Origin: an uncultured Eubacteriales bacterium
Lineage (GTDB): Bacteria > Bacillota > Clostridia > Christensenellales > UBA1242
Direction: 5' to 3'
Assembly (NCBI GenBank): GCA_949878485.1
Contig: CATLAM010000001.1
Location: 15,353-79,352, forward strand
Length of the DNA: 64,000 nucleotides
The notes under the pieces were generated by a model, which saw nothing but the letters and a program-made list of their open reading frames with translations, did not search any database and was not told the origin of the DNA. Below are positions 1-9,288 of this stretch, one piece after another. Position 1 is the first letter of the stretch, and each line of letters begins with the position of its first letter. The position numbers were made by a program, and so were the translations under genes.

Positions 1-12
1 AATATAAAAAAC

Positions 13-738
13 TTGTCTTTTGGAATTTTGCAGGACAAATTAGGAGATGTTTACGAAAAATTTGTAGTGAATACTCTCGAAAATAAAGATTATATTGCAT
101 CATATAGAACTTCTAAATCTATGAAAGATTGGGAATTTAATTTATTCTCGGACATTTTGAACGGATATAATATCAATTGTACTAATGTTAATAAAATTAC
201 AGCAACAGATCCTGTGCCTGTAAGAATGTCTCATGGATTATCTAAAACTGATGTTATTATGACATTAAATGAGAGAGACAAATTCCCAATAAGTGTTAAA
301 CAATCTACAGCGAAGAAAGTTGCCTTTGCAGAATTTGATGTTGATACAATTGTTAAAGAAGTAGGCATAACCGACCCCCAATTAATAAGATTATTAAAAA
401 AACATCAAACAGATGCTTCAGCAAAAAATTTTACAAAAGAAGAAAAAGAATCTTTAACTGAAAAATTAAAACCTATTGCTAGAAATTTTGTTAGATGGGT
501 CATTACAGGATCTCCTGTTGTTAGTAATGATATTAGGATCCCAACAATGATAGTTAAATTTGACATTAATAAGAACAACAATTCTCTAAAATCATATAAA
601 GTTTACAACATTGAAGAATATATTGACTCAATCATGTATGATAAGCACGGTAATGTAAAGAAAGGTGGATTTGGAACAGGTTTAAGTTGGACTTATGCGA
701 CTGGTTCAAAAGGCAAGAAAATACAGTTTAAAGCATAA
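13..738 (+). CDS. type II restriction endonuclease candidate (PD-(D/E)XK-like, HinP1I/MspI-like by recollection)
   Basis: The frame is open to the window's left edge, so the 5' end is uncertain (the track start is TTG). 'SKTDVIMTL...ISVKQS' fits a D-Xn-(S/Q/N)-x-K active-site pattern. The C-terminal '...KKGGFG...KKIQFKA' tail resembles HinP1I as I remember it. The gene is convergent with two DNA MTase genes. Confidence 0.45.
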   Translation: MSFGILQDKLGDVYEKFVVNTLENKDYIASYRTSKSMKDWEFNLFSDILNGYNINCTNVNKITATDPVPVRMSHGLSKTDVIMTLNERDKFPISVKQSTAKKVAFAEFDVDTIVKEVGITDPQLIRLLKKHQTDASAKNFTKEEKESLTEKLKPIARNFVRWVITGSPVVSNDIRIPTMIVKFDINKNNNSLKSYKVYNIEEYIDSIMYDKHGNVKKGGFGTGLSWTYATGSKGKKIQFKA

Positions 739-740
739 AA

Positions 741-773
741 AATGGAGTTCAAATAAACTCCTATTTTTTTAAT
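741..773. terminator. bidirectional intrinsic terminator between convergent genes
   Basis: Hairpin GGAGTT-loop-AACTCC is flanked by an A-run upstream and a T-run downstream. Confidence 0.55.
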
Positions 774-2101
774 TTTTTTATCGCTTCCACAAAACTTCTT
801 GCAAGAGCCTTTGCCATTATTACTGGAATTGCATCTCCAATTTGTTCGTATTTATCTTGTTGTGGATCACTATGAAATTTAACATATGGACCTTCAAAAG
901 TATACCAATCCGGAAACCCTTGAAGTCTTGCAACTTCTCTTGGTGTTAATTGTCTATTTTCTGTTGGATGAACCATTTCATCTAGACAATGAGATGTTAC
1001 TGTGTAACTTGGCTCGTTCTCTTTTAATCGTCTGTTCCGAGAACTATATATTTTATTAGGGAAACACTCCTTGACTATGTCAGATTTACCTTCAGAAATT
1101 AATCTATCAACTGCTGACTGCATTCCTTCCCCTTGCTTAATATTCTCAAAACGCATAATCATTTTTTTGCTATGGTTCAGAGACTTTTGATATGTGGTTT
1201 TTTGCTTATCATAACTTGTTTTTTCGCAATATTCATCGCCATATATAAATCTGTAATAAAGATAAGCACCCTCTGTAATATTACCATTTTTGTAATCTTC
1301 TTCATAGTTTGGCTGAGAAATCATTTCTTCCGCACCGTCATTGCTATGAATTTTAGGTAAATATCTAAATGCATCTTTTACAGTTATGTTATTAAACTTT
1401 CTACCTTTACCATGTGTTTTTTCTGGGTATGTGAAAGTATTTTCTTTGTATTTGCTGTTACAACCAACTATAAATAATCTCTCTCTTTTTTGTGGTGTGC
1501 CATAATCTGATGCAAGACATTTATAAACTTCCTTGTCTTTACTTGCCAAATTATAATGGGTATGAGTTATCGGATCATCTTTTTCAAACTCATTTATGAC
1601 ATATTCAATCTGACCTCCAGCTTTACCATTTCGTTTTTTTGTTAATAATCCCGGCACATTTTCAAACATAACAAACTTTGCATCAACACAATGTCCAATT
1701 CTTAATATGTTTGAAAAGAGGTCATTTCTCTTGTCATTCTCTAATCTCTTTCCAGCCATTGAAAAACTTTCGCAAGGAGCACCGCCTGTTACTATATCAA
1801 CTGAATCTTCATTAAATTTCTTTTTTAAGATTTCTTTAATGAGTTCGTTGGAAAAATTATTTATGTCCCCGTGGATAACACATGTTTTATCAGTCTTAGA
1901 TAAAACGTTTTCTAATTGACCTATATTTTTAACTAAATCCTCTAATTCATATATTTCTGCATTGTGAGATTCTGCATAAGTTTTCACTGTGAATTCACTA
2001 AAATCTACTGCGATTCTTGGTATTAGTCCTTCACTTTTAAATCCAGTACATAATCCTCCAGGTCCAGAGAATAAGTCGATATATGTTATAAGTTCTTTCA
2101 T
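761..2101 (-). CDS. DNA (cytosine-5)-methyltransferase
   Basis: m5C MTase motifs are present: I 'DLFSGPGGL', IV 'GGAPCESFS', VI 'ENVPGLL', VIII 'QKRERLFIVG', X 'GDAIPV'. The start is chosen at ATG 2101 (AAGGAG SD upstream), giving an ATGA overlap with the upstream MTase stop. Confidence 0.9.
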   Translation of the reverse strand: MKELITYIDLFSGPGGLCTGFKSEGLIPRIAVDFSEFTVKTYAESHNAEIYELEDLVKNIGQLENVLSKTDKTCVIHGDINNFSNELIKEILKKKFNEDSVDIVTGGAPCESFSMAGKRLENDKRNDLFSNILRIGHCVDAKFVMFENVPGLLTKKRNGKAGGQIEYVINEFEKDDPITHTHYNLASKDKEVYKCLASDYGTPQKRERLFIVGCNSKYKENTFTYPEKTHGKGRKFNNITVKDAFRYLPKIHSNDGAEEMISQPNYEEDYKNGNITEGAYLYYRFIYGDEYCEKTSYDKQKTTYQKSLNHSKKMIMRFENIKQGEGMQSAVDRLISEGKSDIVKECFPNKIYSSRNRRLKENEPSYTVTSHCLDEMVHPTENRQLTPREVARLQGFPDWYTFEGPYVKFHSDPQQDKYEQIGDAIPVIMAKALARSFVEAIKKLKK

Positions 2102-2862
2102 TTTGTCTCCTTTAAAATACGGTGCATAGCTAACTCGCAATATTGTATTTCTTTATCAATTCCTATGCCGTTTCTGTTTAACTGCTTAGCAGCTATCACT
2201 GTTGAGCCACTACCCATGAACGGATCTAAAATAGTGTCACCTACATAGGAAAATAGCTTTATACATCTTTTGGGAAGTTCAACAGGAAATGGTGCAGGGT
2301 GTCCAATTTTCTTTTTGCTTTCTCCCTTAAAAGTCCATACACCATTTGTCCAACTTACAAATTCTTCTTTGGTAATATCATTTTTTCTTGAGCCAGAAAT
2401 CTTTTTCCAATTGCCTTTATATAAAACTATAATTAATTCTACAGGCGCAATTACATATGGAGAAGATGCACTTAACCAAGAACCCCAAGCTGATGACTTA
2501 GAAATATTTCCTTCATTCCAGACAATAGTTGAGTGGTATTTCCAGCCAACATTTTTAGCAATTGTTGTAATATCTGCACCAATGCTACGATGTCCACCCT
2601 TATTTGTATCCAATGGAATATTTAAACACATTCTTCCATCATCTTTTAATAAGTCTAAGCATTTTTTTAGCCACTTCTTAGTGAATTTTAAATAATCTTC
2701 ATAGTTTAAGTTATCATCAGTGGATGTATATTCAATGTTTAGATTATAAGGAGGTGATGTCACAATGAGATCTACACTTTCAGGTTTAACAAATGAAGTT
2801 GTCAAAATATTGTCGCACAATATTTTTGCATTTTCCTCTTCAAAGTAAATCCTATTTTTCAT
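2098..2862 (-). CDS. beta-class N4-cytosine/N6-adenine DNA methyltransferase
   Basis: Motif IV 'TSPPYNL' precedes the AdoMet motif 'FMGSGST' (beta-class order). The start is chosen at ATG 2862, preceded by GGAGGG. Confidence 0.85.
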   Translation of the reverse strand: MKNRIYFEEENAKILCDNILTTSFVKPESVDLIVTSPPYNLNIEYTSTDDNLNYEDYLKFTKKWLKKCLDLLKDDGRMCLNIPLDTNKGGHRSIGADITTIAKNVGWKYHSTIVWNEGNISKSSAWGSWLSASSPYVIAPVELIIVLYKGNWKKISGSRKNDITKEEFVSWTNGVWTFKGESKKKIGHPAPFPVELPKRCIKLFSYVGDTILDPFMGSGSTVIAAKQLNRNGIGIDKEIQYCELAMHRILKETK

Positions 2863-2998
2863 GTTCCCTCCATAAGTATTTAACATATCTTTTAATTTTT
2901 TGTATCAAACAGCCAAAGAATTAGATACTGAACTATATCAAACATATTAAGCCGTAAAACAATTGAAAAGTCTAGCGATTTAGTGATTTTTAGTAAAT

Positions 2999-4381
2999 TT
3001 ATATCTTACCTAGCAGATTCTTTGATATTAAGTTTAAAACGTCTGACCCTGGCTGCATGTTTATAATGCTATATTTTTTGCTCAAAACAGCAGGAATTAT
3101 TGAATTACTAAACATATCGCTATCAAAATCATCTAAGAATTTAATATATCTATCTAGATCTTTATAATTTTTTATATTTGATTTTTCGTTCTTAAACACT
3201 TGAAGATTCGATTTATCTCTATATGGATAAGGTATTTGAAAAACCTTGATTTTACCTTTGCTATTTTTATAGATAAAATCTTGTCCATAAAAAGTTTCAT
3301 TGCCAAATGTTGTTCCTGATTCGATTTTATGGTAATCTATATATTTAGCTCTGAACTCATCTGAAACACAACATATTGTCGAATTTAATAAATGCTTATT
3401 TAAAAAGTTGGCGTAAGACAGGACAGAAGAGCTTTCAACTATACCTATTATCATTAATCTATTAAAGCCATGATCTTCCAAGTCCTTATTAATATCGTAG
3501 ATAAACTTCTGCATACTACTATAAAAACTTGCAGGTGTTCCATATATAGCAAGTGAACCATTTATAACGAAAATTGAATCACTAAGTATAGTTCTATAGT
3601 TCTCCGAATTTAGCAATTTAATCATCCTAATGTTATGGGCCAATAATAAATGTTTTATAAAGTTATCAAACCTTGTCAAAGGTGAGATATTGCTAGCTGA
3701 ATCTTCATTAATTTCTTCCCATAATCTCAAAACGTCACTTGGATACAATATACAATGACACTCTTTACAAAATTGTTTCTCATTTACATTAAATACTTTT
3801 ACATTTTTAGCTTTGCAAGAAGGACATCTACTCAAAGTTATTATGTTTGGATTTTCACCATTTTTTAACGAATTTAAATAAAATAATGTTGCCAATAAAG
3901 AAGTCTCTTCATTTGCCTCATCCGTTTTATAACTTTTTAACATTTCATATAGTCTTAACCTAAAACTATCGGTAACAGTTTTTTCATCTTTGTAAAGCAT
4001 ATTACTACTTGGGAGAATAAAAGTATACGCCTCTTTTTCTTTTTGCAGTCTAGCCACTTCAAACGGATCTAAGAATCTTCGATTCTCTAATGAGGTTATT
4101 CTATTTTTTCTTAATAAAAAGTTAGATACCTTAATATAACCTACATTTGTGAATGGTATATCATCCCGTACTTTTGCCTCATAGTGATCAGAAGCAATGG
4201 CTATTATATTGTTAGGATATATTTCACTTTCATTAATATGTAAATCATTGAAGTAACTCTTAATTTTTTCCAATTCGTTATCATTTGGTTCATGCATAAA
4301 TTGACATGATTTTAAAAATTCTGCAACTTCGATATTTTTTGTTATTTCTAAAAAGCCTGCTTGTCCATCAAAATTACTCAT
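2999..4381 (-). CDS. NurA-like nuclease candidate with inserted CxxC...CxxC zinc ribbon (tentative)
   Basis: 'IIAIASDHYE', 'VINGSLAIYG' and 'IIGIVESSSV' resemble the NurA strand motifs (xDGS / DGSL / GvxK-S) as I recall them. The zinc ribbon reads 'CPSCKAKN...CKECHC'. ATG 4381 has an AAGGAG SD and overlaps the HerA stop by 8 nt. Confidence 0.35.
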   Translation of the reverse strand: MSNFDGQAGFLEITKNIEVAEFLKSCQFMHEPNDNELEKIKSYFNDLHINESEIYPNNIIAIASDHYEAKVRDDIPFTNVGYIKVSNFLLRKNRITSLENRRFLDPFEVARLQKEKEAYTFILPSSNMLYKDEKTVTDSFRLRLYEMLKSYKTDEANEETSLLATLFYLNSLKNGENPNIITLSRCPSCKAKNVKVFNVNEKQFCKECHCILYPSDVLRLWEEINEDSASNISPLTRFDNFIKHLLLAHNIRMIKLLNSENYRTILSDSIFVINGSLAIYGTPASFYSSMQKFIYDINKDLEDHGFNRLMIIGIVESSSVLSYANFLNKHLLNSTICCVSDEFRAKYIDYHKIESGTTFGNETFYGQDFIYKNSKGKIKVFQIPYPYRDKSNLQVFKNEKSNIKNYKDLDRYIKFLDDFDSDMFSNSIIPAVLSKKYSIINMQPGSDVLNLISKNLLGKI

Positions 4382-6416
4382 TTTTAACTCCTTTGACAAA
4401 ATTTGACGGATCAAACTTGTCTATTTGGATTGGAATAACGAAAGGACTTGACAATGTCTTCACTCTAGTAAAACCAATATCTTGTGATTTTAACAATGAT
4501 TGACTAAAATCACCAAAATCATAAAATTTTGCAAGCTCTTTTATTTCTTTCTCACTATTTAAATGACTAACAAACCAGTTTTCAGTATTTGCAAGTATAT
4601 TTGGATGAATAGAAGAAACCTCTTGGGTAGCATATACTAAACCAATTCTATATTTAGCTCCTTCTTTTGCAATTCTTGGCCATGTATTGGTTAACTCCAT
4701 ATTTTTACCAATTAGATTGTGCGCTTCTTCTATATATATAACTATATTTTTTGGTTTCTTTCCCTCTGTGAATATTTTCATCGATTGATTGAAAATGTAC
4801 TCTGCGATATCTTTACTAATTCTTTCTCTAATTAATGCATTACCTACTGAGAGATCAATTATGACAATTTTTCCTTCGCACAGACTATTATAAATTTCTT
4901 CTCGCACATCAGAATCTCTTTCAAAACTGTGATATTTCTGAGCTTCAGTAATTGCTTTATAGCCATTAAAATAGCCGTCAGAGTCATTTCTCATACACAA
5001 CATATTTAACATTATTCTGCATTCTTCTGTAATCCAATGGTCTATTATATCTGCGTCAGTTGGATTATATTTGCGTTCTTCTTTTGATTTTTTATTCCTA
5101 GCAATATCTGTAATTTCTTTTTTTATCTCTTGGCTAATTCTTCTTAAATTAGTAAACCATATTTTACTTTCATATAATGTCAATCCATCTTTAGGATCTA
5201 CATCTGGATTTACTAATCTCCGAATATCCTTATTTGCTTCAAAATAGACTTTATAGTTACTAGGGGCTGAAAATTTCGCCGCATAAAGCAATGTTTTATA
5301 CAGTGCAACTTTTTGATTCCATCTAACCGTTTCTCCCTTGTTTCCTTCTGGTGGTTTATCAAAAGAGATACTATTCATAAATAAATTTAAATCTGCGGCA
5401 CCGCTACTACCATATTTTTCTCTAATACAATCACAAATAATTGAATGTCCTTCTTCTAACTGAGTATAAAAATTGTTTAAAAGAGGCTTAAACCCTTCAG
5501 TTTTAACACTTCGATACCTTATACAGTCGTCTTTGTAGATCTCCGCAATAGAACCTTTATCTTGGTCATTTGCGTTTGCATATTCTCCATTTATATCATA
5601 AATTATTTGTCCGATATCTAAAGTACACTCTTCTGAAACCTGTTTTACAACAGATACTGTCTGTTTAATCATATTAGATTTGCCAGTTCTAGTCATACCT
5701 AATACAGCAGTTCTTCTGGCCAAAAAATCAGAAGGTTGTATTGAAAATGGTATTAAATCATTTAAATCTGACCTGTGCAACCTATCTGTAGAAGTATAAC
5801 GAACAGTCCCTATGCGAAAAGGGTCTACATCTTTTGTAATACCTAACTCCTTAAAATCTTCTTTGAATTTTTCCTTTCGAATAGGATCAACATAATTAAC
5901 AATTTCTTGTAGCGACTCGCCATCTGGCATATAAACTTTCATCTTTAAAGCGGTTGAATAATTCTCAATATCACTACCAAGGTATAAATTCTCATTTTTT
6001 AGATAAAAAGTCCCTAGAACTCTGCATTCCAAGCCACTAAATTGCATTTTATTTTTTGTTAAGATATCATAATCTTGCTGATTAGGAAGATCCTCAACTT
6101 GTTGCTGATTTTGATAATTGTCGATTCTTGTCTTTATCATATCGTCATCTTGTGGCAACTTACAAGAATTTGTTACTCTTAAGAGAATAACTTCTTTATC
6201 TATCTCCTGCGTTGTGGCAAATTTTTCCGTGTCTAGAGATGTGGCAATTAAAAAACTATTATGAGGAATGCCTCTAACATTTGATTTCCATTCATCATTT
6301 GTCATTATAAGGGCATTTTCGTAGTCAATTGAAAATACCCAACCAACAAAATTATCCTTTTGCACCAGATTACATAACTTATTATTTTTAGAAATGGTTT
6401 CTATCAGATTATTCAT
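4374..6416 (-). CDS. HerA/FtsK-superfamily (DUF87-type) ATPase
   Basis: Walker A is 'GMTRTGKSN' and Walker B is 'IVIYIEEAHNL'. 'GLVYATQEVSSI' is typical of HerA. The N-terminal region looks barrel-like. A strong GGAGG SD is present, and the start overlaps the Dam stop by 8 nt. Confidence 0.75.
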   Translation of the reverse strand: MNNLIETISKNNKLCNLVQKDNFVGWVFSIDYENALIMTNDEWKSNVRGIPHNSFLIATSLDTEKFATTQEIDKEVILLRVTNSCKLPQDDDMIKTRIDNYQNQQQVEDLPNQQDYDILTKNKMQFSGLECRVLGTFYLKNENLYLGSDIENYSTALKMKVYMPDGESLQEIVNYVDPIRKEKFKEDFKELGITKDVDPFRIGTVRYTSTDRLHRSDLNDLIPFSIQPSDFLARRTAVLGMTRTGKSNMIKQTVSVVKQVSEECTLDIGQIIYDINGEYANANDQDKGSIAEIYKDDCIRYRSVKTEGFKPLLNNFYTQLEEGHSIICDCIREKYGSSGAADLNLFMNSISFDKPPEGNKGETVRWNQKVALYKTLLYAAKFSAPSNYKVYFEANKDIRRLVNPDVDPKDGLTLYESKIWFTNLRRISQEIKKEITDIARNKKSKEERKYNPTDADIIDHWITEECRIMLNMLCMRNDSDGYFNGYKAITEAQKYHSFERDSDVREEIYNSLCEGKIVIIDLSVGNALIRERISKDIAEYIFNQSMKIFTEGKKPKNIVIYIEEAHNLIGKNMELTNTWPRIAKEGAKYRIGLVYATQEVSSIHPNILANTENWFVSHLNSEKEIKELAKFYDFGDFSQSLLKSQDIGFTRVKTLSSPFVIPIQIDKFDPSNFVKGVKNE

Positions 6417-7290
6417 TAGTTCCTCCTAAAAAATTTATTGATGTATTTAATTGTTTTAATTCTTCTTCGCTTGGCCATAAACTATTATTTGACAAGAAAA
6501 TAATTTCTTCCGTTTTTCCAGTATTTGCTGCGCTATGATTGATTCTATAAGTCTTGATTAGATATTCACTATATATTTTTTTTATACTTTCTTCATTATC
6601 ATAAGTCACCATCCAATAATCACTTATACCTTTTATCTTTTTACTTAATTCTATATGATCTCTATCCGTAAAGAAGTTTTTATATAAATCTTTTCCTTTT
6701 TTGTAATATGGTGGATCAAAGTAAATAAAGTGGTTTGGATACTTTGGCAAAATCTTATCAATAAAAGTGCGGACCTCTTTGTTATATAAATGAATTTTAT
6801 TTTTGTATCTTGAAATTAACTTAATTTTATTAATTAAGTCATTTTTATTAAATCTCGCATCTATTTTGTATAAACCATTTTGTTTTATTCCTCCAATTGG
6901 TCCAGCTTTAATAATCCCAGAATGATTGGTTCTATTTAGATAAAATGTCGCAAATCCCAACTCTAAAGAAAACTTGCTGTTTCTCGTCAAATAAATTTGT
7001 CTTTGTTTTTCCCTTTCCTCGACAGATACAGGAGTTCTCTCTAATAACTCTATAAATTGCTTTGGGTAAGATAAGATAGATTTCCAGAACGAATAAATCG
7101 ATTTATCATAGTCATTGATAACAATACTATCAACAACACCATCCAAAAGTAAATCTAAAGCAACTCCTGCACCTCCCGCAAATGGTTCGATGTATACTAA
7201 ATCCCTAGTAGATTTGTTTATCATACATTTTACCAATGGTGCAATTTTAGCTTTTCCACCTGGATATCTTAATGGGGAATAATTTTTCAT
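6409..7290 (-). CDS. Dam-type (D12 class) N6-adenine DNA methyltransferase
   Basis: 'RYPGGKAK', 'EPFAGGAGV' (AdoMet motif) and 'FDPPYYKKG' (DPPY) are present. There is an ATGA overlap with the upstream ORF. Confidence 0.85.
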   Translation of the reverse strand: MKNYSPLRYPGGKAKIAPLVKCMINKSTRDLVYIEPFAGGAGVALDLLLDGVVDSIVINDYDKSIYSFWKSILSYPKQFIELLERTPVSVEEREKQRQIYLTRNSKFSLELGFATFYLNRTNHSGIIKAGPIGGIKQNGLYKIDARFNKNDLINKIKLISRYKNKIHLYNKEVRTFIDKILPKYPNHFIYFDPPYYKKGKDLYKNFFTDRDHIELSKKIKGISDYWMVTYDNEESIKKIYSEYLIKTYRINHSAANTGKTEEIIFLSNNSLWPSEEELKQLNTSINFLGGTNE

Positions 7291-8138
7291 ACAAACTCCT
7301 TGTAAAATTTTTTATCAATTTCAAAATAATCCTCTTTGTTCTGGTCATCGATCAGTATAAGATAAATCAACTCAATATTATCTTTCACAATATTCATCAA
7401 ACCTTTTGACTTGTAATAAATATTTTTATTCAAATATGCTTTTGCACCAACAACAATTTGATTTTCTCTGTCTAGGCAAAAAATTCCGTCCTTAGGAGTA
7501 GTTTCAACATAACATTCTTCTATAACAAATTCATTTTCACTGGAAACTATCTTTAGATTTATTCTTTTAATCCTTACTTCATTAGAAGAGTTGTTTTTTA
7601 AGGTAATATTGAATGTGTGTGTAAATTTGCTGTATACTCGTTTCAATTTATTAACATTTATACACAATTTATCTTTTCTGTCATACATTTTATCTATATC
7701 TGTACGATTAGCAATATGATTTGTAGCATTTTTTCTAATATATATTTCGCCTTTTCTCAATTTATCTGATCCAAGTGACTTATATTCCTTTTTTATAATA
7801 TAAGGCTTTTCATCTGCTGAGTCAAAAATCTGAATGTATCCTATTTTCTTACCATCAATTGTTTTATTACCTACAGAAAAGTGAATAGTTGGTTCTACAT
7901 ATGTATCTACGATCTGTTGCAAATTTGAAATGTCTGGCAAATCATCTGTTATACCACATACATTAAAAGTAGCATTTTCAATACCAAATACAATGTATCT
8001 GTCTCCAGGAGCAATGCAATTTGCAAATGAGATCATATCTTTAACTAAATCATAATACTTACTTTTATCATAAAACTTCAGTTTGACATCCAAATTATCG
8101 GATTCTTGTTTTTTACTTAATAGCATTTCTAAATCCAT
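7287..8138 (-). CDS. AlbA_2 / Schlafen-type domain protein with an uncharacterised C-terminal domain
   Basis: The N-terminus 'ESDNLDVKLKF...MISFANCIAPGDRYIVFGIE...GEIYIRKNATN' matches the AlbA_2 pattern (E..lefK ... aFaN..GG.iv.Gv ... G.vyiR). It is the first gene of the overlapping four-gene operon. Confidence 0.55.
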   Translation of the reverse strand: MDLEMLLSKKQESDNLDVKLKFYDKSKYYDLVKDMISFANCIAPGDRYIVFGIENATFNVCGITDDLPDISNLQQIVDTYVEPTIHFSVGNKTIDGKKIGYIQIFDSADEKPYIIKKEYKSLGSDKLRKGEIYIRKNATNHIANRTDIDKMYDRKDKLCINVNKLKRVYSKFTHTFNITLKNNSSNEVRIKRINLKIVSSENEFVIEECYVETTPKDGIFCLDRENQIVVGAKAYLNKNIYYKSKGLMNIVKDNIELIYLILIDDQNKEDYFEIDKKFYKEFV

Positions 8139-8393
8139 ATTTATACCTTTTGTGATTACTCCCTACGATGTAATTATAACATAAATTCCCGCAAACTGTT
8201 AATATTTAAAAAGATTTATTAAATTTTATTTTTAACAAATATTTTGTAGGTTTAGAATTTTTATAGAAAAGAACAAAACTCTATATATAGCAGCCGCTTA
8301 GGAGAACTTTGCATTATCCTTTAGAAATATCTTCAAAAGAGTTGCAAAAGATTTTTATTTAAGTTAAAACACAAAGCAACTCGAGGAGGAGTT

Positions 8394-8627
8394 ATGAAAA
8401 ATTTAATTGATTTAGTTAATAAATCGTTTATCGCTTCTGATGAACTGAATGGCAAGTTGACAAAGGCAAATGAAATGAAAATGAACTTTGTTTCGAGCTT
8501 AAATGACAAACAATGCATTGAATTTTTGAAGCTTTGTTCTGAGCTAGAAGAATTGCAAGATATGAAACTAAAAGAATACATCAATCATACTTACAAGGTT
8601 TGCAAAGAAGCCTTTAAGTTGAGATAA
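8394..8627 (+). CDS. small hypothetical protein (paralog A, 77 aa)
   Basis: A GGAGGAG SD lies 3-9 nt upstream of the ATG. It shares N-terminal 'L(I/L)xLV' and C-terminal 'VCK(E/D)xFxLR' with the ORF at 9049-9288. Confidence 0.5.
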   Translation: MKNLIDLVNKSFIASDELNGKLTKANEMKMNFVSSLNDKQCIEFLKLCSELEELQDMKLKEYINHTYKVCKEAFKLR

Positions 8628-8726
8628 CTTAATTCAATCATATAGTAATCGTAATTTTGTTGTATATTTTCTCCAGATAGTTGCATTTTTTACAACTTTC
8701 TGGAGCAAATCCACATTGGAGGACTT

Positions 8727-9092
8727 ATGAAAGCAATTTTTTTGTGCGATGTTCCAAACGCTCGGTTGTTAAGGAATCACCTTGACAAAGACAAAGGGCT
8801 GGCGGTCGAATATGTAATTGAAGGAGTTATTTATTTGTCTAAGCGATATTTTATTCCCTTTCGTGAACATCTTATGAAAGCTACACCCTTTGTGTCTTGT
8901 CACAAAGAAGATATGTTTATTGATGAACAAGGTGTTTGGCATGTATTGATGTTCTGCTGTTTACAATCGGACATTATATTGCTTGTAAATAGCAATGGCG
9001 AAGATTATGCCAAGTATTGTAGCATTATTTCAAATGGAGGTGAGAAAGTTGAACCACGTTTTACAACTAGTCAGAGATATATTAGAAAATGA
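8727..9092 (+). CDS. hypothetical protein (121 aa)
   Basis: A TGGAGGA SD lies upstream of the ATG. I recognised no family. Confidence 0.4.
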   Translation: MKAIFLCDVPNARLLRNHLDKDKGLAVEYVIEGVIYLSKRYFIPFREHLMKATPFVSCHKEDMFIDEQGVWHVLMFCCLQSDIILLVNSNGEDYAKYCSIISNGGEKVEPRFTTSQRYIRK

Positions 9093-9288
9093 AAAAAGAG
9101 CTGCTGAAGAGCAGTTGCAATTAAATAAAGTCTGTGAACTTGAAGACAAGTTTGTTAAAGACTTTTCAAAAGAAAAATGGAAAGAGTCCTTTGATTTAGA
9201 TATAGAAAAAGGTCAACTTCATAATCTTGAAATTGAACGCGTGATTGAGATTACATGCAATGTTTGTAAAGATTTATTTCTTAGATGA
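9049..9288 (+). CDS. small hypothetical protein (paralog B, ~79 aa)
   Basis: An in-frame TTG at 9049 is preceded by GGAGGTG. ATG 9034 is an alternative start. The C-terminus 'NVCKDLFLR' parallels 'KVCKEAFKLR' of paralog A. Confidence 0.4.
   Translation: MNHVLQLVRDILENEKRAAEEQLQLNKVCELEDKFVKDFSKEKWKESFDLDIEKGQLHNLEIERVIEITCNVCKDLFLR

Noticed and set aside
8333-8584. An 83-aa minus-strand ORF overlapping the small gene at 8394-8627.
   Set aside because: The plus-strand ORF has a strong SD and a paralog at 9049-9288. The minus-strand ORF has neither.
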